DNA of 18,986 bases from Thermodesulfobacteriota bacterium (GTDB lineage: Bacteria > Desulfobacterota_D > UBA1144 > Nemesobacterales > N074bin48). Where the stretch lies: NCBI GenBank assembly GCA_041572575.1, contig JBFFSH010000049.1, forward strand, positions 1 to 18,986, in the 5' to 3' direction. The position numbers and the translations under genes were made by a program. Positions 1-9,792 of this stretch are shown here, piece by piece; position 1 is the first letter of the stretch; each line of letters starts with the position of its first letter. Under the pieces are notes generated by a model. It did no database searches and was not told the origin of the DNA. It saw only the letters and a list, made by a program, of their open reading frames with translations.

Positions 1-1
1 A

Positions 2-211
2 AGGGAATCGTTTACTATACTTACTCCAAGAGAAGAAGAGATAATAAGACTGCGTTTTGGTATAGACAAGGAAAGCACATATACTCTTGATGAAATAGGT
101 AAAAGGTTTGACCTTACAAGGGAAAGGATCAGGCAGATTGAGAAAAGAGCTTTAGAAAAAATAGCAGATTCTGATATGGGCCCATTATTAAGCAGTTTTC
201 TACAAAACTAA
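2..211 (+). CDS. 3' end of a sigma70-family RNA polymerase sigma factor (region 4), RpoD/RpoS-like; partial
   Basis: Frame 2 reads [69 protein letters not shown], stop TAA at 209-211. Classic region 4.1/4.2 motifs ([20 protein letters not shown]). Not in the ORF track because it is truncated by the window edge. Confidence 0.93.
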   Translation, partial: RESFTILTPREEEIIRLRFGIDKESTYTLDEIGKRFDLTRERIRQIEKRALEKIADSDMGPLLSSFLQN

Positions 212-327
212 TACTTTATAGATTATAAGTAATATCTATTATTTATCACTTGTTTAAATTTCTTTATTCCGATAAGGTGTACTCTTAGTTCTAAGATAAA
301 TCAAATAATCGTGGAGGATATTAATAC

Positions 328-849
328 ATGTCTGGATTTACTGTATGGTTCACTGGGCTTCCAAGTTCGGGTAAATCAACTCTTGCAAAAGTGCTAAGAG
401 GCGAGATTGAAAAAAAAGATAAACATGTAGAAATATTAGATGGTGATGAAGTTAGGCTGAGGCTTTCTAAAGGGCTTGGATTTTCTAAAGAAGACAGGGA
501 TGAAAATATTAGAAGAATTTCTTATGTAGCTAAAGTGATTACTAGGTGCGGGGCTGTTGCTATTACTTGTGCAATTTCTCCTTATAAGGATATAAGGCTT
601 GAAGCCAGAAACGAAATAGAAAATTTTGTTGAAGTATTTGTAGATTGTGATATAGAAGAATGTATAAGAAGAGATGTAAAGGGATTATATAAGAAAGCAC
701 TGAGTGGGGAAATAAAAAACTTTACTGGAATCTCAGATCCATATGAAAAACCGGAAAGTCCTGAGATTACCGTCAATACCTCAACCGAGACCATTGAACA
801 AAGCGTAAAAAAGATTGTTGCCGGCCTAAAAGAACTGGGATATTTATAA
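328..849 (+). CDS. cysC: adenylyl-sulfate (APS) kinase
   Basis: WFTGLPSSGKST P-loop, LDGD, LGFSKEDRDENIRR, RDVKGLYKKA and FTGISDPYE motifs; GGAGG RBS upstream. Confidence 0.96.
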   Translation: MSGFTVWFTGLPSSGKSTLAKVLRGEIEKKDKHVEILDGDEVRLRLSKGLGFSKEDRDENIRRISYVAKVITRCGAVAITCAISPYKDIRLEARNEIENFVEVFVDCDIEECIRRDVKGLYKKALSGEIKNFTGISDPYEKPESPEITVNTSTETIEQSVKKIVAGLKELGYL

Positions 850-870
850 AAAATTTTTACAGTTCCAGCC

Positions 871-898
871 TTGACTTTAAAGCTTATCGGGGCATCTT
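871..898 (+). promoter_or_regulatory. possible sigma70 promoter of the suf operon
   Basis: TTGACT at 871-876 with a weak -10 (CATCTT at 16-nt spacing, followed by TATATATTAT). The -10 assignment is uncertain. Confidence 0.35.
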
Positions 899-915
899 AT
901 ATATTATAGACATAC

Positions 916-935
916 ATAATCCATAATAGGATTAT
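916..935. promoter_or_regulatory. palindromic candidate operator for the Rrf2 regulator
   Basis: ATAATCC-ATAATA-GGATTAT (7-6-7 inverted repeat) lies between the putative promoter and the Rrf2 start codon. Rrf2 Fe-S regulators commonly autoregulate through AT-rich palindromes. Confidence 0.5.
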
Positions 936-981
936 ATTAAGAGTTCAATTGAGCTTAATAGGGGTAATATAGGAACAGAAA

Positions 982-1413
982 ATGCAGGTTAGCAAAACAT
1001 TAGACTATGCCGTGAGGTCTCTTACTTATATGGGCCAAAAACCGGGTAATACGCTTAATATGAAGGAAATCGCCGACTCTCAGCATATTCCCCTAAACTA
1101 TCTGGCTAAAATCATGAGAAGGCTTGTAGAAAGAGATATACTCAAATCCATGGTTGGTCCTGATGGGGGTTATGTGCTTAGAAGACAGCCTTCAGACATA
1201 ACTCTTAAAGAAATATATGAAGCCATTGAGGGTGAATTTAGGATTATAGACTGTATGGATAGAGAAAAGATATGCTTTTTTCACGAACAGTGCACACAGC
1301 TGCCTGTTTGGGACAAGATCAAAATATCCATGCTCAACATATTAGAGAGCACATCACTTTACGATATTATTCATAGTACAGAACATAGAGGCAGTAATCA
1401 GGAGGCTTATTAA
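982..1413 (+). CDS. Rrf2-family transcriptional regulator (IscR/NsrR-like, three Cys) heading the suf operon
   Basis: [17 protein letters not shown] and GPDGGYVL winged-helix motifs; C-x6-C-x5-C in the C-terminal part. Its stop overlaps the sufB start (TAATG). Confidence 0.92.
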   Translation: MQVSKTLDYAVRSLTYMGQKPGNTLNMKEIADSQHIPLNYLAKIMRRLVERDILKSMVGPDGGYVLRRQPSDITLKEIYEAIEGEFRIIDCMDREKICFFHEQCTQLPVWDKIKISMLNILESTSLYDIIHSTEHRGSNQEAY

Positions 1414-2849
1414 TGAGTGTTGATATAGAGCAGTTAGCCGAGCAGGAATATAAATATGGCTTTGTTACAGATATTGAGCAGGACATTGCTCCAAAGGGGC
1501 TTAATGAAGACACCATTAGGATGATATCTTTAAAAAAGAATGAACCTCAGTGGCTTCTTGACTGGAGACTCGAGGCTTATAGAAAATGGCTCAAAATGGA
1601 AGAGCCGAAATGGCCGAATGTAAAGTATCCCAAAATTGACTTTAACGACATTAGCTACTATGCAGCTCCAAAGGTAAAAGAAAAACCCAAGAGCCTTGAT
1701 GAAATTGATCCGGAGCTTAGAGAAACCTATGACAAACTTGGCATCCCGCTTGAAGAGCAGATGATGCTCTCAGGTGTAGCCGTAGATGCCGTATTTGACA
1801 GCGTTTCACTTATCACGACTTTTAAGGATAAACTTGCTGAAATGGGTGTAATTTTTTGCTCAATCTCAGAAGCTGTTCATGAACATCCGGATCTTGTAAA
1901 AAAATATCTGGGATATGTAGTTCCCGTAAATGATAATTTTTATGCGGCTCTAAATTCAGCAGTATTTACAGACGGCTCATTTGTTTATATTCCAAAAGGC
2001 GTTAAATGTCCTATGGAGCTTTCTACGTACTTTAGGATAAATGCTGAAAACACAGGGCAGTTTGAAAGGACGCTTATAATAGCTGAGCCCGGAAGCTATG
2101 TAAGTTACTTGGAAGGCTGTACAGCTCCACAAAGGGATGAGAATCAGCTCCATGCAGCAATTGTTGAGCTTGTTGCGCATGATGATGCTACGATTAAGTA
2201 TTCAACGATACAGAACTGGTACCCAGGAGACAAAGATGGTAAGGGCGGCATTTATAATTTTGTGACTAAAAGAGGAAGGTGTATTGGAGCAAACTCCAGA
2301 ATTTCGTGGACTCAGGTTGAAACAGGATCAGCAATCACATGGAAATATCCAAGCTGTATTTTAGAGGGAGATAACTCAGTAGGCGAGTTTTACTCAGTAG
2401 CACTTACAAACAGACACCAGCAGGCTGATACCGGAACGAAAATGATTCACATTGGTAAAAATACTACAAGCACAATAGTATCAAAAGGAATCTCGGCCGG
2501 GCTTGGTCAAAATACATACAGAGGACTTGTGCAGATTGGAAAGAATGCAGAAAATTCCAGAAACTATACCCAGTGCGATTCCATGCTTATTGGCGATAAA
2601 TGCGGCGCTCATACTTTTCCCTATATTGAAGTAAATAATTCAACAGCTCATATGGAGCATGAAGCCAGCACTTCAAAGATAGGTGAGGATCAGATATTTT
2701 ACTGCCAGCAAAGAGGACTCAGTGCCGAGGATGCTGTTTCGTTGATTGTAAATGGTTTTTGCAAGGAAGTATTCAAGGAGTTGCCATTCGAATTTGCGGT
2801 GGAAGCTGAAAGGCTTTTGAGTGTAAGTCTTGAAGGTAGTGTGGGGTAG
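1413..2849 (+). CDS. sufB: Fe-S cluster assembly scaffold SufB
   Basis: [47 protein letters not shown] and [12 protein letters not shown] motifs; ends LEGSVG. Confidence 0.98.
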   Translation: MSVDIEQLAEQEYKYGFVTDIEQDIAPKGLNEDTIRMISLKKNEPQWLLDWRLEAYRKWLKMEEPKWPNVKYPKIDFNDISYYAAPKVKEKPKSLDEIDPELRETYDKLGIPLEEQMMLSGVAVDAVFDSVSLITTFKDKLAEMGVIFCSISEAVHEHPDLVKKYLGYVVPVNDNFYAALNSAVFTDGSFVYIPKGVKCPMELSTYFRINAENTGQFERTLIIAEPGSYVSYLEGCTAPQRDENQLHAAIVELVAHDDATIKYSTIQNWYPGDKDGKGGIYNFVTKRGRCIGANSRISWTQVETGSAITWKYPSCILEGDNSVGEFYSVALTNRHQQADTGTKMIHIGKNTTSTIVSKGISAGLGQNTYRGLVQIGKNAENSRNYTQCDSMLIGDKCGAHTFPYIEVNNSTAHMEHEASTSKIGEDQIFYCQQRGLSAEDAVSLIVNGFCKEVFKELPFEFAVEAERLLSVSLEGSVG

Positions 2850-2898
2850 ACCAGAAAATTCCGGTTGTGATTAATTATTAAATTAGGAGTAAGAATTT

Positions 2899-3654
2899 AT
2901 GTTAGAGATAAAAGATCTGCATGTAAAAATTGAAGATAAAGAAATATTAAAGGGGCTTAACCTCACTGTTAATCCCGGAGAGGTTCATTCGATTATGGGT
3001 CCAAACGGATCGGGGAAAAGCACACTTTCTCAGGTTTTGGCAGGAAAGGAATCATATGAAGTTACTTCTGGCTCTATTACATTTAAGGGAAAAGACTTAC
3101 TTGAGCTTGCACCAGAAGAAAGAGCCTGTGAGGGAGTATTTATGGCATTTCAGTACCCTGTAGAGATTGCAGGGGTAGCAAATACATACCTGCTTAGGGA
3201 AGCGCTTAATTCTAAAAGAAAGTATCAGGGGCTTGAGCCTTTGAAGCATGTTGAGTTTATAAAGAATATTAAAGAAAAAATGAAAAACCTCAAAATTGAT
3301 GACACCATGCTCTCAAGGTCTGTAAATGAAGGTTTTTCAGGCGGAGAGAAAAAAAGAAACGAGATTTTTCAGATGCAGGTACTAGAGCCTGATCTGTGTA
3401 TTCTGGATGAAACAGATTCAGGGCTTGATATTGATGCGCTGCAAATAGTAGCAGACGGCGTAAATGCTATGAGAGATGAGGGAAGATCATTTATTGTAAT
3501 AACTCACTATCAGAGACTCCTAAACTACATAGTTCCTGATTTTGTTCATGTACTTATAGACGGAAAGATCGAGCGCTCTGGTGATAAGAGCCTTGCTCTT
3601 GAGCTTGAAGATAAGGGATACACCGGTATAGCACAGCAGCCAAGCGCAGCTTAG
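2899..3654 (+). CDS. sufC: Fe-S cluster assembly ATPase SufC
   Basis: GPNGSGKST Walker A, FQYPVEI, NEGFSGGEKKRNE, LDETDSGLDIDAL and ITHYQRLL motifs. Confidence 0.98.
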   Translation: MLEIKDLHVKIEDKEILKGLNLTVNPGEVHSIMGPNGSGKSTLSQVLAGKESYEVTSGSITFKGKDLLELAPEERACEGVFMAFQYPVEIAGVANTYLLREALNSKRKYQGLEPLKHVEFIKNIKEKMKNLKIDDTMLSRSVNEGFSGGEKKRNEIFQMQVLEPDLCILDETDSGLDIDALQIVADGVNAMRDEGRSFIVITHYQRLLNYIVPDFVHVLIDGKIERSGDKSLALELEDKGYTGIAQQPSAA

Positions 3655-3685
3655 TAAAAAGAATGGCGGAGTAAATTAAAGAGAT

Positions 3686-5026
3686 ATGCAGATAATATTA
3701 AAAGACAGTACAGATAGTTACTTACAGGGATATAAGCAGCTTATTACTTCTGATACCAGCTCGGCAAAATTTGCTGAGAGTACAAGGGAAGAAGCAATAA
3801 ATAATTTTGTAAAGCTTGGTTTTCCTACACTAAGGGATGAAGACTGGAGATTTACAAATATTGTTCCAATTGTTAAATCTCAGTATTCGATAAGCACAGA
3901 TGTAACAACTAAAGTAGAAAATATTGATATAAACAAATACTTAATACACGGTCTAGACTCTCACCTGATGGTTTTTGTTGATGGAGTTTATAGTGCTGAG
4001 CTTAGCAATATAAATGATACTGATGGCAAAATTATTATTAAGCCAATTTCAAATGCTCTATCTGATAACAGAGACATTGTAGAAAAACATCTTTTTAGCT
4101 GTGCAGACATTAAACAAGAAGCCTTTACGGCGCTCAATACTGCATATTTTACTGACGGCGCATTTGTTTATGTTCCAGGCAACACAGAATTGGATAAAAC
4201 AGTCGAAGTCCTATATATATCAGCAGACCCTGTTTCATCAATGAACAGTCCCAGAAATCTTATAGTAGTAGAGAAGAGCAGTAAAGTGCAAGTGATAGAA
4301 CATTACGTTTCTCTTACAGATAGTGTTTATTTCTCAAACACAGTCTCTGAAGTAATAATAGGAGAAAACAGCACAGTTGATCATTACCTTATAGAACAGG
4401 ACAGCAAGAAGGCTTATAATATCTCTTCGTTAGAGGTTAAACAGAGCGCAAACTCTAACCTGAACTCACACTCATTTCTTCTGGGTGGGGCCATTGTAAG
4501 AAACAATATACATCCTGTTCTTGGGGGGCAGGGATGTAATTCAAATATTAACGGACTGTTTTTACCTTCGGGCAGACAGCATATAGATAATTTTATGAAA
4601 GTAGAACATGCAAGCCCGCACTGTGACAGCAGGCAGGTATATAACGGAATATTAGCTGATAAATCAAAAGGGGTATTTCACGGAAGAATAATCGTGCATG
4701 AAGATGCCCAGAAAACAGATGCTAAACAGACAAACAGAAACCTGTTGCTCTCAGACACTGCAAAAATAGATACAAAACCACAGCTTGAGATTTACGCAGA
4801 TGATGTGAAATGCACACACGGCGCTACAATTGGCCAGATGGACAAAGACTCGCTTTTTTATCTTCGCTCAAGGGGTATTGAACAAAAATTAGCAAAGGCT
4901 ATAATGCTCCGTGCTTTTGCTAGCCAGAATATTGAAGATATTGGTGATAAAGTTATAAAAAGTTATGTTGAAAAACTTGTTAAAAACTGGTTTTCTGAAA
5001 TAGGCATGGAAGCAGAATTAGATTAA
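3686..5026 (+). CDS. sufD: Fe-S cluster assembly protein SufD
   Basis: FPTLRDEDWRFT, AQKTDAKQTNRNLLLS and KPQLEIYADDVKCTHGATIG motifs. Confidence 0.97.
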   Translation: MQIILKDSTDSYLQGYKQLITSDTSSAKFAESTREEAINNFVKLGFPTLRDEDWRFTNIVPIVKSQYSISTDVTTKVENIDINKYLIHGLDSHLMVFVDGVYSAELSNINDTDGKIIIKPISNALSDNRDIVEKHLFSCADIKQEAFTALNTAYFTDGAFVYVPGNTELDKTVEVLYISADPVSSMNSPRNLIVVEKSSKVQVIEHYVSLTDSVYFSNTVSEVIIGENSTVDHYLIEQDSKKAYNISSLEVKQSANSNLNSHSFLLGGAIVRNNIHPVLGGQGCNSNINGLFLPSGRQHIDNFMKVEHASPHCDSRQVYNGILADKSKGVFHGRIIVHEDAQKTDAKQTNRNLLLSDTAKIDTKPQLEIYADDVKCTHGATIGQMDKDSLFYLRSRGIEQKLAKAIMLRAFASQNIEDIGDKVIKSYVEKLVKNWFSEIGMEAELD

Positions 5027-5051
5027 TCCCAGTTAATAAGGTGAAAAATAA

Positions 5052-5438
5052 ATGAATGTAGATCAAATGGAATTTGTATTGGATCATTACAAGAACCCGA
5101 GAAACAGCGGGCAGATTGCTGATGCTGACTACTCTTACGAAGAGGGCAATCCTTCATGCGGTGATAAAATCAGGATTGATATAAAAGTAGCAGACAACAA
5201 AATAGCGGAGGCCAGGTTTAGTGGTAAAGGGTGTGCGATTAGCCAGGCATCTGCTTCTATACTGACTGAGATGATTGAGGGAATGGAGCTTGATGCTATA
5301 AAAGAAATGGATGGCCAGGAATTTTTGGAAACACTCGGGGTGAATATTTCTCCTATACGGTATAAATGTGCGCTTCTTGCATTAAAGGTCCTTAAGACCA
5401 GCGTGTTTGGTGACGGCGTATTTGAATATGAACATTAA
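5052..5438 (+). CDS. sufU: U-type Fe-S scaffold / sulfur-transfer protein (SufU/IscU family)
   Basis: DHYKNPRN, NPSCGD, GCAISQAS and RYKC motifs give three conserved Cys (36, 61, 106); located within the suf operon. Confidence 0.88.
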   Translation: MNVDQMEFVLDHYKNPRNSGQIADADYSYEEGNPSCGDKIRIDIKVADNKIAEARFSGKGCAISQASASILTEMIEGMELDAIKEMDGQEFLETLGVNISPIRYKCALLALKVLKTSVFGDGVFEYEH

Positions 5439-5447
5439 AAAAGCGCT

Positions 5448-5759
5448 ATGGGAGAATTTATAAAAGTTGCAAAAATTTCAGACGTTCCCGCGGGTACTGC
5501 TAAATCGTTTCTTGTAGAAAATGAGGTTATAGCTGTATTCAACCTGAATAATAACTACTATGCGCTGAGAGATCAGTGCTCTCATATGGACCTTCCCATT
5601 TCTGATGGAATAATTGAGCAATCTAGAGTTACTTGTGCCTATCACGGCGCAGAATTTGATATTAAAACAGGTAAGGCTCTGTGCGCTCCTGCTTATGATC
5701 CTGTTGAGTCATTTGAAGTGATGGTGCAGGATGAGCAAATTTATATATCAATTGATTGA
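5448..5759 (+). CDS. Rieske-type [2Fe-2S] ferredoxin
   Basis: CSH and CAYH Rieske ligand motifs; FDIKTGKAL. Confidence 0.93.
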   Translation: MGEFIKVAKISDVPAGTAKSFLVENEVIAVFNLNNNYYALRDQCSHMDLPISDGIIEQSRVTCAYHGAEFDIKTGKALCAPAYDPVESFEVMVQDEQIYISID

Positions 5760-7015
5760 TTAATATGGAAAAAGTTTTTAAAAATATGACTAAGTTTGAT
5801 CCTTACGAAATAAGAAAGGACTTCCCTATACTTAATCGTAAGGTAAACGGTAATCCTCTGGTATACCTTGACAATGCGGCCACTTCTCAAAAACCCTCTC
5901 AGGTAATAGATTGTATAAAATCATATTACGAAAATAATAATTCCAACATTCACAGGGGAGTACATACACTCAGTTATGAATCAACAGTGATGTATGAAGA
6001 TGCACATAAAAAAGTTGCTGCATTTATAGGGGCAGAGGACTGGAGAGAAATAATATTTACTAGAAATGCTACGGAATCTCTAAACCTGGTGGCTTATAGC
6101 TGGGGGCTTCACAATTTAAATAAGGGTGACGAGGTAATTATATCAATAATGGAGCATCACTCCAATATTGTACCCTGGCAGATGCTTGCAAAAGTTAAAG
6201 GAATAGTCCTAAAGTTTATAGATGTGGATGATAAGGGTAACCTGGATTTGGAAAGCTTTGATAATCTGCTTTCAGATAAAACAAGAGTAGTCTCGGTTAT
6301 TCATGTATCTAATGTGCTGGGAGTAGTAAATCCGGTTGAGTACATTTCAAAAAAAGCAAAAGATCATGGGGCGCTCTTTATAGTAGATGCTGCACAATCC
6401 GTTCCTCACATGAAGCTCAGTGTGCATGAACTTGATTGTGATTTTCTGGCTGCATCGGGACATAAGATGCTTGGACCAACAGGAATCGGCTTTTTGTATG
6501 GAAAGAAGGATTTACTGGAAAACATGGAGCCGTTTTTTTATGGTGGTGATATGATAAGCACTGTAACAAAAACATCTTCAACATGGAATGAGCTTCCCTG
6601 GAAATATGAAGCCGGAACACCAAATATCGCAGACGGTATAGCGCTTGGAGCTGCAATTGAATATCTTGAAAAATTAGGACTGAAAAATATAGAACAATAT
6701 GAGTCAGAGCTTTTAGACTATACGCTTGATAGACTAAAAGACATACCCTGGATAGATATATATACTCCTCTTACGGGTAAAAGGGTAGGTGTGATATCGT
6801 TCAATGTAAATGGGGTACATCCTCATGATGTTGCAGGTATAATGGATGAAGACGGCATTGCAGTAAGATCCGGTCATCACTGCACACAACCTCTTATGAC
6901 AAGACTCAGCATAGAAAATGCCCTAAGGGCAAGCTTTTATATCTATAACACTAATGAGGAAGTGGATAAGTTTATTTCGTCCCTTCTTAGAGCCTACGAT
7001 ATATTTAAAAAGTAA
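5756..7015 (+). CDS. sufS: cysteine desulfurase, SufS class (true start probably ATG 5765 or 5786)
   Basis: YLDNAATSQKP, NIHRG, EHHSN, SGHKMLGPTG (PLP Lys) and RSGHHC (class II catalytic Cys) motifs. Confidence 0.96.
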   Translation: MINMEKVFKNMTKFDPYEIRKDFPILNRKVNGNPLVYLDNAATSQKPSQVIDCIKSYYENNNSNIHRGVHTLSYESTVMYEDAHKKVAAFIGAEDWREIIFTRNATESLNLVAYSWGLHNLNKGDEVIISIMEHHSNIVPWQMLAKVKGIVLKFIDVDDKGNLDLESFDNLLSDKTRVVSVIHVSNVLGVVNPVEYISKKAKDHGALFIVDAAQSVPHMKLSVHELDCDFLAASGHKMLGPTGIGFLYGKKDLLENMEPFFYGGDMISTVTKTSSTWNELPWKYEAGTPNIADGIALGAAIEYLEKLGLKNIEQYESELLDYTLDRLKDIPWIDIYTPLTGKRVGVISFNVNGVHPHDVAGIMDEDGIAVRSGHHCTQPLMTRLSIENALRASFYIYNTNEEVDKFISSLLRAYDIFKK

Positions 7016-7017
7016 GA

Positions 7018-7935
7018 TTATTCTCTTGTAATATTAATAAGTTCATACTGAGGGAAAAACTTTTTGTGTTTATCTTTGCAGCTTGCAAGAACCTGCACCG
7101 CATTATCTTTCTTGTCCAATAACACATTGTAAACATAGCCATTGTGATTATTTGTAAATACTGTATTTATTTGACCGCTGTCGGTTCTTGATACTTGCTC
7201 TAATCTAAAATCACTAATCTTGGTATCATTATTTTCCATAGCCAGAAAATATTCGGCAGCCTGCTCATCGGATGAGTAAAAACATCTTCCTCTTAGAAGT
7301 TCAGTGCAAAGAGAGTTTTTTAAATAACATTCTTTTATTTTATAATAGTTATCTTCATCCACCCTGCCGTAATAAATTCCTTCAGGAAGCAGCAGTATGT
7401 TAGAGGCTAACCTATGACCACCCAGGTGAGTTGTTTGCCAGACTTCAAAATCTTTTTCTATACTAAAAAGATTATTGTACAATTGCTTACCCATTGTACC
7501 ACAGCACTTGTCATATGAGCCGTGAGTACATACAAGAAGCAGAGGTTTAGCTGAGATATGATCACTGTTTTTTAGCGCTTTTTCAAAATCAATAGTCAGT
7601 ATCTGGTCATATGAATCAAGGCTAAACTCAAAAACTTCTTTCTCAGATGATTTAGTAATTGCAATATATAGCTTTAACTTGGAACTTTTACTATTTCTTC
7701 TAATTAACTGAATTCGGGATTTAGGATGCATTCCTGCCAGATTTCTTATTACATCCTTTAGTTCTTTAGAAATGCTACAGTTATTAAATGCCTTCTCTTC
7801 CCACTGCCTGGTATATTCTATGAGGATCCAAAAATTAATGTTTGGGGCTGTGCCAAACATTTTTTCACCTGCACTCATTGAGCTACCAAAACATATTTGG
7901 GAGCTATCAAAGCATATTTGGTTCTTATTGGTCAT
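7018..7935 (-). CDS. sucrase/ferredoxin-like protein (Apd1/Aim32-type, 2Cys-2His [2Fe-2S])
   Basis: LVCTHGSYDKCCG followed by HLGGH (C-x8-C-x24-H-x-G-G-H), LPEGIYYGRV, LRGRC. Confidence 0.88.
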   Translation of the reverse strand: MTNKNQICFDSSQICFGSSMSAGEKMFGTAPNINFWILIEYTRQWEEKAFNNCSISKELKDVIRNLAGMHPKSRIQLIRRNSKSSKLKLYIAITKSSEKEVFEFSLDSYDQILTIDFEKALKNSDHISAKPLLLVCTHGSYDKCCGTMGKQLYNNLFSIEKDFEVWQTTHLGGHRLASNILLLPEGIYYGRVDEDNYYKIKECYLKNSLCTELLRGRCFYSSDEQAAEYFLAMENNDTKISDFRLEQVSRTDSGQINTVFTNNHNGYVYNVLLDKKDNAVQVLASCKDKHKKFFPQYELINITRE

Positions 7936-8093
7936 TATTGCTCACTATTTATCGGAATCTTAATATTTTATCAAAATTACATAGAATACTATTATTTATC
8001 AATTTCAAAATAAGTAAAAAGTTAAGGATTGATTTATTAAGCAATAAAGTTTATCCTTGTAGTATAGAATTGAGAGGTAGAATGGAGGGTTTT

Positions 8094-8642
8094 ATGAGTG
8101 TACTAAGTAACCAAAGCCACAATGAAGTAATAAACACTTTAAGTAAACTTGTGACAAGAACAAGAGATTAGCAGGAGATATATAAAACCTCTGCAGATTT
8201 CTTAAATGAGATGGAACATGTCGATATGGTTATGATCTATGTAGTGGATGAAGATACCAATCAGGCTGTGCTGGAAGCACACAGGAATCTAACTGCTGAC
8301 TATATTGCAAGAGCCTCAAGAGTAGACAGACCTAAGGGTATTACCTGGAGAGTTATACAAACCAATCAATTTCTAAATGTAAAGGATGCCCAGACTGATG
8401 AATCAATTGGACCTGCCGGAAAAGCTTTAGGTAAACACGGCGTTTTGGGTATGCCTATTACACTCACAACAGGTGGAGAGGCTAAGGGAGTGATATGGCT
8501 TTGGAGTGATACTGAAAGGGCCTTTACTGATGAAGAGGTAAAACTTCTAAGTGCTATTGGAAATCAGATAGCTACTGCTATTGCCTGGGCTAAGCAATAC
8601 GAGGATAGAAGAAAGGTTTGGCAGGAAAGATTTAAGGTTTAA
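8094..8642 (+). pseudogene. stand-alone GAF-domain protein interrupted by an in-frame TAG (8169-8171); 182 aa if repaired
   Basis: GGAGG at 8084-8088 then ATG 8094 MSVLSNQSHNEVINTLSKLVTRTRD*QEIYKTSADFLNEMEHVD, in frame with ORF 8211-8642. GAF motifs: GITWRVI, MPI, GVIWLWS, FTDEEVKLLSAIGNQIATAI. Confidence 0.8.
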
Positions 8643-8684
8643 TATTCAAAACTTCTCTTTATCTCTTCTAATTAATTACAATTT

Positions 8685-9311
8685 ATGTCAAAAATTACAA
8701 TTTTTGTAGCAGACGACCATCCAATTGTCAAAGAAGGCCTTATTACAATTTTAAACACACAGTCTGATTTTAAAGTAGTTGGAGAGGCTATGGATGGAAC
8801 AAAAGTTGTGAGTGGAGTGGAAGAAACCAACCCTGATATTCTTGTACTCGATTTAGAAATGCCTGGCATGGATGGTATTGAAATAATAGAGAAGCTAAAC
8901 AAATCCGGTTGCAAAGCCAAAGCCATAATATTTACAGCCTATAAAACAGATGACCGAATATTTTCAGCATTTGAACTAGGAGCAAAAGGTTATCTGCTAA
9001 AAGGCTCACCTAAAGAAGAAATATTTGATGCTGTTAGAAATGTATATAACGGAGGCACCTCGGTACATCCTGATGTTACGGACAGACTGGTAAAAGGAGT
9101 AAATCAGAAACTGGACAAATTAACACCCAGGGAGCTCGATGTGATGAAATCTCTTTCCAGGGGTCTTACGAATAAAGAAATAGCGTATGAGCTATTTATT
9201 AGCGAAAGAACCGTTAAGTTTCATATAAGCTCTATATTCACTAAACTTGGTGCAGAAACTAGGACCGAAGCCCTTTCTATTGCTATACAAAAAGGCCTTC
9301 TATCTATTTAG
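8685..9311 (+). CDS. NarL/LuxR-family DNA-binding response regulator
   Basis: Receiver (VADDHPIV, LVLDLEMP, GYLLK) plus LuxR HTH (LTPRELDVM, TNKEIA, ISERTVKFH). Confidence 0.95.
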   Translation: MSKITIFVADDHPIVKEGLITILNTQSDFKVVGEAMDGTKVVSGVEETNPDILVLDLEMPGMDGIEIIEKLNKSGCKAKAIIFTAYKTDDRIFSAFELGAKGYLLKGSPKEEIFDAVRNVYNGGTSVHPDVTDRLVKGVNQKLDKLTPRELDVMKSLSRGLTNKEIAYELFISERTVKFHISSIFTKLGAETRTEALSIAIQKGLLSI

Positions 9312-9714
9312 ACTTACTACTTTCAATTTGTTCAAAAGCCTCTTTTATTGTATTTAGAATTACAGTGTCATTAAAAGGCTTAATAATATAGCCAAGCGGT
9401 TTGGTCTCCTTGGCCCTTTGTCTTGTTTTCGTATCCCCATAGGCTGTAAGATATAGAAACGGTACATTGAGTTTTAGTAGTTCCCTGCCGGTTTCAATAC
9501 CGTCCATATCACCATCTACAACAACGTCAAGAATTGCAAGGTCGGGTTTATATTGCTCAGCTATTTGAATAGCATCACTTCCATTTTGAGCTATTCCTGC
9601 TACAGAATACCCAATTTTTTCTATATAAGATTTTATGCTTTTCGCAATTATCATTTCATCTTCTAGGATTAAGATAGTCTTACTTTTTTCCGGTTTAATT
9701 GTACTAGTATTCAT
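9304..9714 (-). CDS. single-domain response regulator (receiver only)
   Basis: ILILEDE, AILDVV (phospho-Asp), YLTAY and YIIKPF motifs. Overlaps the convergent NarL-type gene by 8 nt. Confidence 0.92.
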   Translation of the reverse strand: MNTSTIKPEKSKTILILEDEMIIAKSIKSYIEKIGYSVAGIAQNGSDAIQIAEQYKPDLAILDVVVDGDMDGIETGRELLKLNVPFLYLTAYGDTKTRQRAKETKPLGYIIKPFNDTVILNTIKEAFEQIESSKSK

Positions 9715-9776
9715 TTATAATATATGGTATTTATAATTTCAGGGGCATTGAATAAAACTCTCCATGCTATTATATA

Positions 9777-9792
9777 AGCAAAAACTGTACCA
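9777..9792 (-). promoter_or_regulatory. sigma54 (-24/-12) promoter for the receiver gene 9304-9714
   Basis: Minus strand TGGTACAGTTTTTGCT, exact GG-N10-GC spacing, about 62 nt upstream of the ATG. Confidence 0.75.

Noticed and set aside
7842..8171. 109-aa ORF as a gene
   Set aside because: Only its last 25 codons belong to the GAF gene N-terminus. The rest overlaps the opposite-strand gene and intergenic DNA.
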